Below are positions 41,964 through 51,142 of a stretch of 64,000 nt of DNA, one piece after another. Location of the stretch: assembly GCA_900617105.1 (NCBI GenBank), contig UYFQ01000001.1:744001-808000 (forward strand), read 5' to 3'. Under the pieces are notes generated by a model, which had not been told where the DNA came from, searched no databases, and saw nothing but the letters and a program-made list of their open reading frames with translations. The stretch is from Hydrurus foetidus. Lineage: Eukaryota. Numbering within the stretch: position 1 is the first letter of the stretch; every line of letters starts with the position of its first letter. Position numbers and translations under genes: made by a program.

Positions 41964-43145
41964 ATGAACAAACATGTATCTCTGGTCGGGGCTGCCGTCG
42001 CTATGGCGGCGGCTTTGCTGTTGTCCGCCTGTTCCAAGCCCGTCCCGCAGGAAGCCCCCATTCGTGCGGTGCGGGTTTTGACCGTGGGCATGGATGCCAT
42101 ACAGGCCAGCCACGAGTATTCGGCTGAGGTGCGGCCTCGCATTGAGTCTCGCTTGGGTTTTCGTGTTGCGGGCAAGATCATTCGCCGCCAAGCCGAGGTG
42201 GGGCAGCGCGTCAAGGCGGGGCAAATTTTGGCCCAGCTTGACCCTAAAGACTACCAATTGGCCGACACGGCTGCCCGCGCCCAGGTGGCAGCGGCGCAAA
42301 CCAACCGGGATTTGGCGGCGGCGGATTACAAGCGGTTTGCTGAGCTGAAGGCACAAAATTTCATCAGCGGTGCTGAATTAGAGCGGCGTGACAGCGTGCT
42401 CAAAGCGGCTCAGGCGCAGTTGGCGCAGGCCCAGGCGCAGCAATCGGCGCAGGGCAATCAGGCGGGTTATGCCAATCTGGTGGCCGATATTTCGGGTGTG
42501 GTGACGGCGATTGAAGCCGAGCTCGGCCAAGTGGTGGCTGCGGGGACACCGGTGGTGCGCATCGCCCAAGACGGTGCGCGCGATGTGGTGTTCTCAGTGC
42601 CGGAAGACAAAGTAGCAGCGATCAAGCCGGGGCGGGCGGTGGATGTGGTGCTGTGGGCGAACGCCTCTCGCCTGACGGGCAAGGTGCGTGAAGTGGCGGC
42701 CAGTGCCGATCCACAGACCCGCACGTTCTTGGTGAAGGTGTCGCTGGACGGTGCGAACACTGTAGATGCTCCGGCCATTGGCAGTACCGTGACGGCCATT
42801 CCCCAAAGCCTGGGTGAGACAGCAGTCAAGGTCATCAAGCTGCCCACGAGCGCTTTGAAGCAAGACGGTCAAACCTCCGCCGTCTGGGTGCTGGACAAGG
42901 CGACGATGACGGTCAAGTCGCAGCCGATTCAAATTGCCACAGCAGACGGCAACGACGCGGTGATTGCCAGTGGCCTGAAACCTGGTGATGTGGTGGTGAG
43001 CGCAGGCGTGCATGTGCTGTCGCCAGGGCAAAAGGTCATGCTGTATGTAGAAAAATCAGCGATTTCAGTGCCAAATACAGCATCAAATAAGCCTCTAACG
43101 CTTACTGATAATGTTACGCCAGCTATCAATAAAGTAGCGAAGTGA
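41964..43145 (+). CDS. RND efflux periplasmic adaptor (MFP), lipoprotein
   Basis: Lipobox LSAC, LGFRVAGKI, ADPQTRTF, GLKPGDVVV. Confidence 0.93.
   Translation: MNKHVSLVGAAVAMAAALLLSACSKPVPQEAPIRAVRVLTVGMDAIQASHEYSAEVRPRIESRLGFRVAGKIIRRQAEVGQRVKAGQILAQLDPKDYQLADTAARAQVAAAQTNRDLAAADYKRFAELKAQNFISGAELERRDSVLKAAQAQLAQAQAQQSAQGNQAGYANLVADISGVVTAIEAELGQVVAAGTPVVRIAQDGARDVVFSVPEDKVAAIKPGRAVDVVLWANASRLTGKVREVAASADPQTRTFLVKVSLDGANTVDAPAIGSTVTAIPQSLGETAVKVIKLPTSALKQDGQTSAVWVLDKATMTVKSQPIQIATADGNDAVIASGLKPGDVVVSAGVHVLSPGQKVMLYVEKSAISVPNTASNKPLTLTDNVTPAINKVAK
43083..43138 (+). repeat. ~56-bp palindromic-core repeat copy in the 3' end of the RND adaptor gene
   Basis: TCAAATAAGCCTCTAACGCTTACTGATAATGTTACGCCAGCTATCAATAAAGTAGC (core GCTAT-N7-GTAGC). 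Confidence 0.7.
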
Positions 43146-43152
43146 GCGCCTG

Positions 43153-46100
43153 ATGAATGACCATAATCTTGAGCACAACCCGGAACCTAAAGCCGGTTTC
43201 AACCTTTCCAAATGGGCGCTAGACCACGGGCCGCTGACACGCTACCTGATGGTGGTGCTGATGGTGTTGGGCTTTGCTGCCTACTTCCAGCTGGGCCAAG
43301 ACGAAGACCCGCCGTTCACCTTCCGGGCGATGGTGGTGCGCACCTACTGGCCGGGTGCGACCGCCCAGCAGGTGGCTGAGCAAGTCACTGACAAGATTGA
43401 AAAGACGCTGCAAGAGGTGCCCTACGCCGACAAAATCCGCAGCTATTCCAAACCGGGCGAGTCGCAAATCATCTTTCAGATCAAGGATTCGTCCAAAGGC
43501 TCTGAGGTGGCCAATGTCTGGTACCAGGTGCGGAAAAAAGTGGGCGATATGCGCTACACGCTGCCCGGCACCATCCAAGGGCCGTTTTTCAATGATGAGT
43601 TTGGTGATGTCTACGGCGTGATTTACGCGCTGGAGGCCGATGGTTTCAGCTATGCCGAATTGAAAGAGTTTGCCGATGATGTACGTCAGCAACTGCTGCG
43701 CGTGCCCGATGTCGCCAAGGTGGAGTTGTTCGGTCAGCAAGACGAGAAGCTCTACATCGAGATTTCGCAAAAGCGGCTGTCTCAACTGGGGCTGGATTTC
43801 AACCAAGTGCTGGCGCAACTGGGTCAGCAAAACGCAGTGGAATCTGCCGGCGCGGTGCAAACGCCGCTGGACATGGTGCAAGTGCGCGTGGCAGGGCAGT
43901 TCACTTCGCCTGAGCAGCTCAAGGTGATGCCGATTCGCGGGGCGGCTGGCGGTCAATTCCTGTTGGGTGACATTGCGACGATCAAACGGGGCTATGTTGA
44001 CCCGTCCACCATCAAGGTGCGGCACCAAGGCAAAGAGGTGATTGCGTTGGGGGTTTCCATGGCCAAGGGCGGCGACATCATCCGTCTGGGCGGCTCGCTG
44101 GCTCAGACCTTTGCCAAGTTGGAGAAAACGCTGCCTGCGGGCATCAGCTTGGTGCAGGTGCAAGACCAGCCCAAGGCCGTCGCAAGTTCGGTGAACGAGT
44201 TTGTGCGGGTGCTGATCGAGGCGGTGGTGATTGTGCTGGCGGTGAGTTTCATCGCGCTTGGCTTTCACTCGCGGCCAAACGAAAAGAATATTTTTAAACG
44301 CTATTACATCGACATTCGCCCTGGTCTGGTGGTGGGTATCACCATTCCGCTGGTGCTGGCGGTCACGTTTTTGGCGATGGATTACTGGGGCATTGGGCTG
44401 CACAAGATCTCGCTGGGGTCACTCATCATCGCCTTGGGCTTGCTGGTGGACGATGCCATCATCGCCGTGGAAATGATGGTGACGAAGATGGAAGAGGGTT
44501 ACGACAAAGTGCGTGCTGCCACTTTCGCTTATGAAGTCACCGCCATGCCGATGCTGACGGGTACCTTGATTACAGCAGCGGGCTTTTTGCCGATCGGCAT
44601 TGCCAAATCAGTGACAGGGGAATACACCTTTGCCATTTTTGCGGTGACGGTGATTGCATTGGTGGTGAGCTGGGTGGTGTCGGTGTACTTTGTGCCGTAC
44701 TTGGGCACACTGCTGTTGAAGGTCAAGCCGCACGTTGCAGCGGCGGACGGTGGGCACATTGATGTTCACAACACCCCGTTTTACCGTGTCTTTCGCAAGG
44801 CTGTGAACTGGTGTGTGCAGTACCGTTGGATCACCATTGCGGCCACGGTGCTGATTTTTGGCTTGGGCATAGTGGGCATGGGCAAAGTGCAGCAGCAGTT
44901 TTTCCCAGACTCCAGCCGCCCTGAAATTTTGGTGGAGGTGTGGTTCCCCGAGGGCACATCGTTTGTGGCGAACGAGGCCGTCACCAAGCGGCTTGAGACG
45001 CGCCTTCTGCAAGAGCCGGACTTGAACAGTGTCAGCACCTGGATTGGCTCAGGCGTGCCGCGTTTCTATTTGCCGCTGAACCAAGTCTTCCCGCAGAGCA
45101 ATGCCTCCCAGTTCATCATCGTTCCCAAGGATTTGAAGGTGCGCGAATCGCTGCGTTTGAAGCTGCCTGAGCTGCTGGCGCAGGAGTTCCCTGAGATCCG
45201 TGCCCGCGTGCAGTTGCTGCCGAATGGGCCACCAGTAGCCTACCCAGTGCAGTTCCGCGTGATTGGTGATGACCCGATTGCACTGCGTGCTCGTGCGGAC
45301 GAGGTAACAGCGGTGATGCGTACCAGTCCGAATACCAGGGGCGTTAACGACAATTGGAACGAGTCGATCAAGGTGCTGCGCCTGGAGGTAGACCAAGCCA
45401 AGGCCCGCGCTTTGGGTGTCACCAGTCAGTCGATTGCACAAGCGTCGAAAACGATGCTTGCCGGGTCTACAGTGGGGCAGTTCCGCGACGGTGACAAGCT
45501 GATTGACATCGTGCTGCGCCAGCCGCTGGACGAGCGCAATGCCATCACCGATTTGGGCAACGCCTACTTGCCGACGGCTTCGGGCAAGTCGATACCGCTG
45601 ACGCAAATTGCTAAACCCGTGTTTACCTGGGAACCTGGCGTGATGTGGCGCGAAAACCGCGACTACGCCATCACCGTGAACGCTGACATTGTGGAGGGCC
45701 TGCAAGGTGCCACGGTGACGGCTGAGCTGCTGCCCAAACTCAAAGAGTTAGAGGCCACATGGCAAGCCAGTGGCTTCACTGGCTACCGCATTGAGGTGGC
45801 TGGGGCGGTAGAAGAGAGCAGCAAGGGCTCATCGTCCATCGTGGCGGGTGTGCCCATCATGCTGTTCCTGACCTTCACGCTCTTGATGTTGCAACTGCAC
45901 AGCTTCAGCCGTGCAATGCTGGTGTTTCTGACGGGGCCGCTGGGCATTGCCGGTGTGGCGGGGGCGCTGCTGCTGCTGGGACGTCCGTTTGGCTTTGTGG
46001 CGCTGCTGGGGGTGATTGCGCTGATGGGGATGATCCAGCGTAACTCGGTGATTTTGATCGACCAGATTGAGCAAGACCGTTCGCGTGGCGTGCCCGCTTG

Positions 46101-46308
46101 GGATGCGATTGTCGAATCTGCTGTACGCCGTTGCCGCCCCATTGTGCTGACTGCCGCAGCGGCGGTGCTTGCGATGATTCCGCTGTCACGCAGTGTATTT
46201 TGGGGGCCGATGGCTGTCGCCATCATGGGTGGTCTGATTGTGGCGACGCTGCTGACGCTGCTGGCATTGCCTGCGATGTACGCGGCTTGGTTCAGGGTGA
46301 AGCGATGA
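43153..46308 (+). CDS. RND efflux permease (AcrB/TriC-like)
   Basis: GQDEDPPFT, LGLLVDDAII, RPIVLT; 1051 aa. Confidence 0.95.
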   Translation: MNDHNLEHNPEPKAGFNLSKWALDHGPLTRYLMVVLMVLGFAAYFQLGQDEDPPFTFRAMVVRTYWPGATAQQVAEQVTDKIEKTLQEVPYADKIRSYSKPGESQIIFQIKDSSKGSEVANVWYQVRKKVGDMRYTLPGTIQGPFFNDEFGDVYGVIYALEADGFSYAELKEFADDVRQQLLRVPDVAKVELFGQQDEKLYIEISQKRLSQLGLDFNQVLAQLGQQNAVESAGAVQTPLDMVQVRVAGQFTSPEQLKVMPIRGAAGGQFLLGDIATIKRGYVDPSTIKVRHQGKEVIALGVSMAKGGDIIRLGGSLAQTFAKLEKTLPAGISLVQVQDQPKAVASSVNEFVRVLIEAVVIVLAVSFIALGFHSRPNEKNIFKRYYIDIRPGLVVGITIPLVLAVTFLAMDYWGIGLHKISLGSLIIALGLLVDDAIIAVEMMVTKMEEGYDKVRAATFAYEVTAMPMLTGTLITAAGFLPIGIAKSVTGEYTFAIFAVTVIALVVSWVVSVYFVPYLGTLLLKVKPHVAAADGGHIDVHNTPFYRVFRKAVNWCVQYRWITIAATVLIFGLGIVGMGKVQQQFFPDSSRPEILVEVWFPEGTSFVANEAVTKRLETRLLQEPDLNSVSTWIGSGVPRFYLPLNQVFPQSNASQFIIVPKDLKVRESLRLKLPELLAQEFPEIRARVQLLPNGPPVAYPVQFRVIGDDPIALRARADEVTAVMRTSPNTRGVNDNWNESIKVLRLEVDQAKARALGVTSQSIAQASKTMLAGSTVGQFRDGDKLIDIVLRQPLDERNAITDLGNAYLPTASGKSIPLTQIAKPVFTWEPGVMWRENRDYAITVNADIVEGLQGATVTAELLPKLKELEATWQASGFTGYRIEVAGAVEESSKGSSSIVAGVPIMLFLTFTLLMLQLHSFSRAMLVFLTGPLGIAGVAGALLLLGRPFGFVALLGVIALMGMIQRNSVILIDQIEQDRSRGVPAWDAIVESAVRRCRPIVLTAAAAVLAMIPLSRSVFWGPMAVAIMGGLIVATLLTLLALPAMYAAWFRVKR

Positions 46309-46436
46309 GCATTCGCTCAACGAATGACCTTGCCCTGGACAACGTACTGTTTTCTTGTTTTTACATTGACTTTTTTGTCGCAAAAATGACTTTTTAGTGT
46401 TTTACTCTCGTGGTTTTTGTCTAGGACGCTGCTGTA

Positions 46437-47654
46437 ATGCTCTGCCGCTTTAGCTTTAACCGCGTAAATCACGCTGACCACGCCCGCTGCGTTGACCGTT
46501 CGTTGCATGCTTCACGCTTTCTTTTGTGGCTGATGTGCAGTTTGTTGTGGGGATTTTTTTGTACATCCCTCCATGCGGAACCTCGCTTGCTGCGCGTGGG
46601 CTATGTGCTTGACCGCTCTGGCTCGCTGGTCAACGACAGCCGGGATTTTTTTGCCGGCGCTAAGGTATTACAGGATGAATTCAATGCCAAAGCGGGTGAT
46701 AAAGCGATTCGGCAGTTGGTACGTGAAAGTGACGGCACGCCTGAGCGAACTTTGCAAGCCGCGCTGGAACTTGCGCGAGATGACAAAGTTGATGTGATTG
46801 TGGGCTTGGCGGGGGATGCTGCGCTGTCCGCTTTGGTGGATTCGCCTGCTTTTGCACGTGAAGGCGTGCCTTTGCTGGCCCCTCTGAGCGGTCTGCGTCT
46901 GCCCACTGCAAGCGCTGGTGGCCGGGTGTTTTTTTCGCGTGCTGACTACGGCCAAGAGATTCAGTATGTCGTGCGTTATCTGCGTGGCCTGGGTTTGTCG
47001 CGTGTGGTGCTGGTCACGCAAGCAGGTGGCTCTGTGGGGTTGCAGCAAACCGTGCGCAGTGCCTTCGCCCTGGCTACCTCCAAAAGTGCTAATCAGGTGG
47101 CGTTAACGGTGGACGAGATAGCGCTGCCTGCTGCTGGTGCAGCACGGCAAGCCGAATTGCAGCGCGTGGCACAAACGCAGGCTCAGGCGTTGATAGTGCT
47201 GGGTGATGCGCTGGACTATGCCGCCGTGTTTCAGGCCTATCGGCGCTTGTCACCTGGTGCCACGGTCATTGGGCTTTCCACTGTGAACCCGCGTACTGTT
47301 TTAGAACTGGCGCCTTCCGCCAAAATGAGCGGTGCGGTGCTGACGCAGGTGATGCTGAACCCGGCCAAAACATCCATTCCGCTCAGCCGTGAGTTTGACC
47401 GCGTGTTCAAAAAGTATTTTGATGAGCCACCTTCCCACCAATCCCTCGCTGGCTTTGTCGCCGCCCACCAGCTGCTGGCCGCTTTGGGGCGCATCGGCGG
47501 GCCGGTGAACCGTGTCACGCTGACAGCCGCACTGCAAGCGAATACGCGGCTGGATGTTTATGGGTTTGAGCTCAACTACGCCACCGTACCGCAGCGTGGC
47601 TCTGAGTTTGTTGACCTGCTGATGATCCGTGCCGACGGGAAGCTGCTGCAGTAG
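46437..47654 (+). CDS. Type I periplasmic binding protein (LivK-like ligand-binding family)
   Basis: LRVG.VLDRSG, VFFSRADYGQEI, QRGSEFVDL motifs; start uncertain. Confidence 0.75.
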   Translation: MLCRFSFNRVNHADHARCVDRSLHASRFLLWLMCSLLWGFFCTSLHAEPRLLRVGYVLDRSGSLVNDSRDFFAGAKVLQDEFNAKAGDKAIRQLVRESDGTPERTLQAALELARDDKVDVIVGLAGDAALSALVDSPAFAREGVPLLAPLSGLRLPTASAGGRVFFSRADYGQEIQYVVRYLRGLGLSRVVLVTQAGGSVGLQQTVRSAFALATSKSANQVALTVDEIALPAAGAARQAELQRVAQTQAQALIVLGDALDYAAVFQAYRRLSPGATVIGLSTVNPRTVLELAPSAKMSGAVLTQVMLNPAKTSIPLSREFDRVFKKYFDEPPSHQSLAGFVAAHQLLAALGRIGGPVNRVTLTAALQANTRLDVYGFELNYATVPQRGSEFVDLLMIRADGKLLQ

Positions 47655-47777
47655 CGTACCCCTTCGCTCTGCCTCTGCGGCATTTCGCGCCCGTTTTGGT
47701 TCGTTTCGTCGCACTGCGGTTGTCCGGTCGGCTCGCAAATTTGACACTGCAAGCTCTTAACTTACCAGGAGCTGTTC

Positions 47778-48251
47778 ATGTCGTTCATTGTTTTTTCTCT
47801 TCGCAGTGTGGTGACCCGCACCACAGCCACTTTACTGACTGTCGCAGCAACATCTCTGCTGATGGTGACCCCCGGTGCCTATGCGGCTGATTTGACCGTG
47901 GTGGTTCAAAACATCCAAAAAGACACGGGAAGCGTCATGATGGGGCTTTTCAGTACGGCTGACAGCTTCCCCAAAAACGCGACCAACGGTATGGCGGCAC
48001 CTGCAGCTGGGCGCGATGCTACCGGGCGTGTGACGCTGGTTCTGCGGGATCTGGCACCTGGGCAGTATGCGGTGTCTGCGTTCCATGATGTGGATGGCAA
48101 TGGCAAGCTCAACAGCAACCTGATGGGCATCCCCACCGAGCCGTATGGGTTTTCTAACGATGCGCAAGCACAGTTTGCGCCACCGGCCTTCGCGGCTGCA
48201 GCCTTCACGCTGCCAGCGCAGGGTCTGACGATTCAACTGCAAGTGAAGTGA
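47778..48251 (+). CDS. DUF2141 family secreted protein
   Basis: Signal peptide; GQYAVSAFHDVDGNGKLNSNLMGIPTEPYGFSN. Confidence 0.9.
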   Translation: MSFIVFSLRSVVTRTTATLLTVAATSLLMVTPGAYAADLTVVVQNIQKDTGSVMMGLFSTADSFPKNATNGMAAPAAGRDATGRVTLVLRDLAPGQYAVSAFHDVDGNGKLNSNLMGIPTEPYGFSNDAQAQFAPPAFAAAAFTLPAQGLTIQLQVK

Positions 48252-48324
48252 GGGGCATACCGTGTTTCAAATCGCAACGACCTTACTTTCGACCTTATCT
48301 TCGACCACCCCTCCGAAGTTACCC

Positions 48325-49839
48325 ATGACTCGCCGCCAGCTGCTGAAGACAGTGGCAGTAAGCAGTGCCGCCAGCCTGTCAGGCGGTGCTTTTGCCAAAA
48401 ATTCAGACCCTGGTGGCGCTTTTGGTCGCAGCTTTGAGACTTTTAATGGCCCACTGAGCACCGTACCGGGTGCGGGCTTTACCGGCACGCTGGAGACAGC
48501 AGAGGTAGCGCTGAAAGGGAAAATTCCCCCAGGCCTTCGAGGAACGCTGTACCGCAATGGGCCTGCCAGATTCAAGCTGGGCAGCACCCGCTACGACCAT
48601 TGGTTTGATGGCGACGGCATGGTGCAGGCTTTTAATTTTGCAGGCGGCAAAGTCAGCCACCGTGGCGTGCTGTTGCGTACCCCCAAGCTGGTGGAAGAGG
48701 AGGCCGCAGGGCGTTTTCTCTACACTGCTTTTGGCACTGATATTCCCAATAGTTTGCCCGTGCGCAACACTGACAGCTTGAATGTGGCCAACATCAATCT
48801 GATGGCGCTCCAAGGTGGGCGTGAGCTGTACGCCCTGTGGGAAGGCGGTTCTGCTTTGCAGTTAGACCCGCAAACATTGGCGGCTCAGGGTTTTAAAACC
48901 TGGTCACCTGAGACCCAAGGTGCCTCCTTTTCAGCCCATCCGCGTACCTCACCCGATGGTACGGTATGGAATTTTGGCTATGCGGGGCACAGCGGAAAAC
49001 TGATAATTTACGAGATTGGTGCCAGTGGCACCCTCAAGCGCCAAGCGCTGATTGATGCCCCGCAGGCGGACATGGTGCATGACTTCGCGATCACACCCAA
49101 TTACCTGGTTTTCTTGCTGATGCCCTTGATGCTGAAGCCCCAGGCACCGCAGGTAGGCAGCCTCGACCGTTACGAATGGCGGGCCAATGCACCGCTGATT
49201 GCGATGGTGGTGAGCAAGGCTGATTTCAGCGTCAAGCGCTTTGAGCTGGACAATGGCGGCGTTTTTCACTTGGGCAACGCGTGGGAAGAAAAAGGCCTTA
49301 TTCGGCTAGCCTATGCCCGTTACACCCAGTTTTTAGGGCATTTGCAGGGCTTGACGCTGCCAGCGCCCAAGGTGGCGGCAGACCAACTGGCGCGCTGGAC
49401 GCAGGTGGAAATCAACGTGCAGCAAGGCTCTGCCCGACAAAGCGACCGTGGTTTGCACGGCGTAGAGTTCCCCCGCTTTGATACTCGCTTTACCGGTGAG
49501 CGCACCGACTTCACCGTGCTGATGCAAAGCGCACACGTCCATGCGAGTGGAAATTACGGTGCCGATACTGTGCTGGGCCTCACCGGCGAGAAGGTGCAGC
49601 GCTTTACCTATGGCACGGACTGGATTGCGGAAGAGCACCTGTATGTTCCACGCCCCGGCAGCGCCAATACCGCTAACACCCCGTCAGGCTGGGTGCTGGG
49701 CACGGCGCTGCACCGTGCGAGCGGCAAAACCACGTTGTCGGTGTTTGAGGCGCAGGGCTTGGCGAACGGGCCTGTGGCGCAACTTGCCTTGCCCTACGGT
49801 TTGCCCTTGGGCTTGCATGGGCAGTTTGTGGCGACTTAA
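48325..49839 (+). CDS. Carotenoid oxygenase (CCO/RPE65/lignostilbene dioxygenase) family protein with Tat signal
   Basis: TRRQLLK signal; LYRNGP, HWFDGDGMV, four Fe-ligand His (SAHP, MVHDF, VFHL, GLHG), EFPR; alternative start 48262. Confidence 0.9.
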   Translation: MTRRQLLKTVAVSSAASLSGGAFAKNSDPGGAFGRSFETFNGPLSTVPGAGFTGTLETAEVALKGKIPPGLRGTLYRNGPARFKLGSTRYDHWFDGDGMVQAFNFAGGKVSHRGVLLRTPKLVEEEAAGRFLYTAFGTDIPNSLPVRNTDSLNVANINLMALQGGRELYALWEGGSALQLDPQTLAAQGFKTWSPETQGASFSAHPRTSPDGTVWNFGYAGHSGKLIIYEIGASGTLKRQALIDAPQADMVHDFAITPNYLVFLLMPLMLKPQAPQVGSLDRYEWRANAPLIAMVVSKADFSVKRFELDNGGVFHLGNAWEEKGLIRLAYARYTQFLGHLQGLTLPAPKVAADQLARWTQVEINVQQGSARQSDRGLHGVEFPRFDTRFTGERTDFTVLMQSAHVHASGNYGADTVLGLTGEKVQRFTYGTDWIAEEHLYVPRPGSANTANTPSGWVLGTALHRASGKTTLSVFEAQGLANGPVAQLALPYGLPLGLHGQFVAT

Positions 49840-49985
49840 AAGGCAGCAGAAAGGGGGGCATCGGGGGCTGCGCAGGGGGACTGTGAGTGTTTTGGCAAAA
49901 CCCCAAATCAACCTGCGGTGCGATACTTGGCCTTATGTGGTTGAAATGCCCATCCGTTAATCCAGAAACATTTGGGAAATACCGC

Positions 49986-50909
49986 ATGAAAGTTCTTTTG
50001 GCCGATGATGCGCGTTCGGTGACGATCTTGTTGGCCTCCCGCCTGAACTCGTTCGGACATGAGGTTTGTATCGCCGCAAACGGCCAGATTGCGTACGATA
50101 AGTTCCGAGAGTTTGCCCCAGACCTGGTGTTGATGGATATCGAAATGCCGGTGATGAACGGCTTTGAAGCCACCAATCGCATTCGTGCCTTTGAGTCTTC
50201 GCAGCGCTGGGCCTGGACGCCCATCATTTTCCTGACAGGTGCCAATACCACTGACAACCTGGTGACCGCCATTGAGGCCGGCGGCGATGACTTGATTGCC
50301 AAAAACGTGCCCGAAGCGGTGCTACGGGCCAAGATGAAAGCCATGACCCGCGTGGCTACGCTGCGCCAGCACCTGGCCCTTGCCAATCTCAAGCTGGAGG
50401 AGCTGGCCAGCCGGGATGGCCTGACTGGTTTGCTCAACCGCCGTTGTATGGACCTGAAAACTGACGCGCTGTGGAATGAGGCCATCGCCGCTGGTCACAG
50501 CTTTGGCATCATGATGATCGATATTGATAACTTCAAGAAGTACAACGACCATTACGGCCACCAGGCCGGTGACGACTGTCTGCGGGCCATTGCCCAGGCG
50601 ATTGCCGCCACGGTGGACGGCAGCCAGCTGGCGGGCGGGTTTGCGGCGCGCTATGGCGGCGAAGAGTTTGCGGTGGTGTTGCCAGGCGTTTTCAGGGATG
50701 CGTTTACGGCGCTGGCCCAAGGCATCGTGACCGCAGTGGCTCAGTGCGCCATCGTGCACGAAATAAATGCCGACTGGGGCGTGGTCACCGCGTCGGTGGG
50801 CGCAGCGTTTGTCGACAGCGCACAGGGCGGATTGGCCGTGTTATTTCGCTTGGCCGATCAGCAGTTGTATCGGGCCAAGGAGAATGGCCGCAACCGCGTC
50901 GAGCAGTAA
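49986..50909 (+). CDS. REC-GGDEF diguanylate cyclase
   Basis: REC (ADD, MDIEMP), DGLTGLLNRR, DIDNFKKYND, RYGGEEF. Confidence 0.93.
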   Translation: MKVLLADDARSVTILLASRLNSFGHEVCIAANGQIAYDKFREFAPDLVLMDIEMPVMNGFEATNRIRAFESSQRWAWTPIIFLTGANTTDNLVTAIEAGGDDLIAKNVPEAVLRAKMKAMTRVATLRQHLALANLKLEELASRDGLTGLLNRRCMDLKTDALWNEAIAAGHSFGIMMIDIDNFKKYNDHYGHQAGDDCLRAIAQAIAATVDGSQLAGGFAARYGGEEFAVVLPGVFRDAFTALAQGIVTAVAQCAIVHEINADWGVVTASVGAAFVDSAQGGLAVLFRLADQQLYRAKENGRNRVEQ

Positions 50910-50949
50910 GACTCACCCCGGGCTGAACCAGTCGAACCGGTTGGTGATT

Positions 50950-51119
50950 TGGGCACTGCGCTGCACCGTGCGAGCGGCAAAACCACGCTGTCGGTGTTCG
51001 AGGCTTAGGGTTTGGCTAACGGGCCTATGGCGCAACTCGCCTTACCCTTGGGCTTGCATGGGCAATTTGTGGCGACTTAAAAGGCTGCGTAAAGGGGGGC
51101 CTCAGGTGCTGCGCAGGGG
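50950..51119 (+). pseudogene. Decayed duplicate of the carotenoid-oxygenase 3' end and its downstream flank
   Basis: Aligns to about 49697-49878 with 11 coding substitutions (including CAG>TAG) and a 12-bp deletion. Confidence 0.9.
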
Positions 51120-51142
51120 TATGTCTCATGCACAATCGCAGG

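Noticed and set aside
49697..51119. Diversity-generating retroelement VR/TR pair
   Set aside because: Mismatches are not adenine-specific (mostly synonymous changes of all kinds) and no reverse transcriptase is present.
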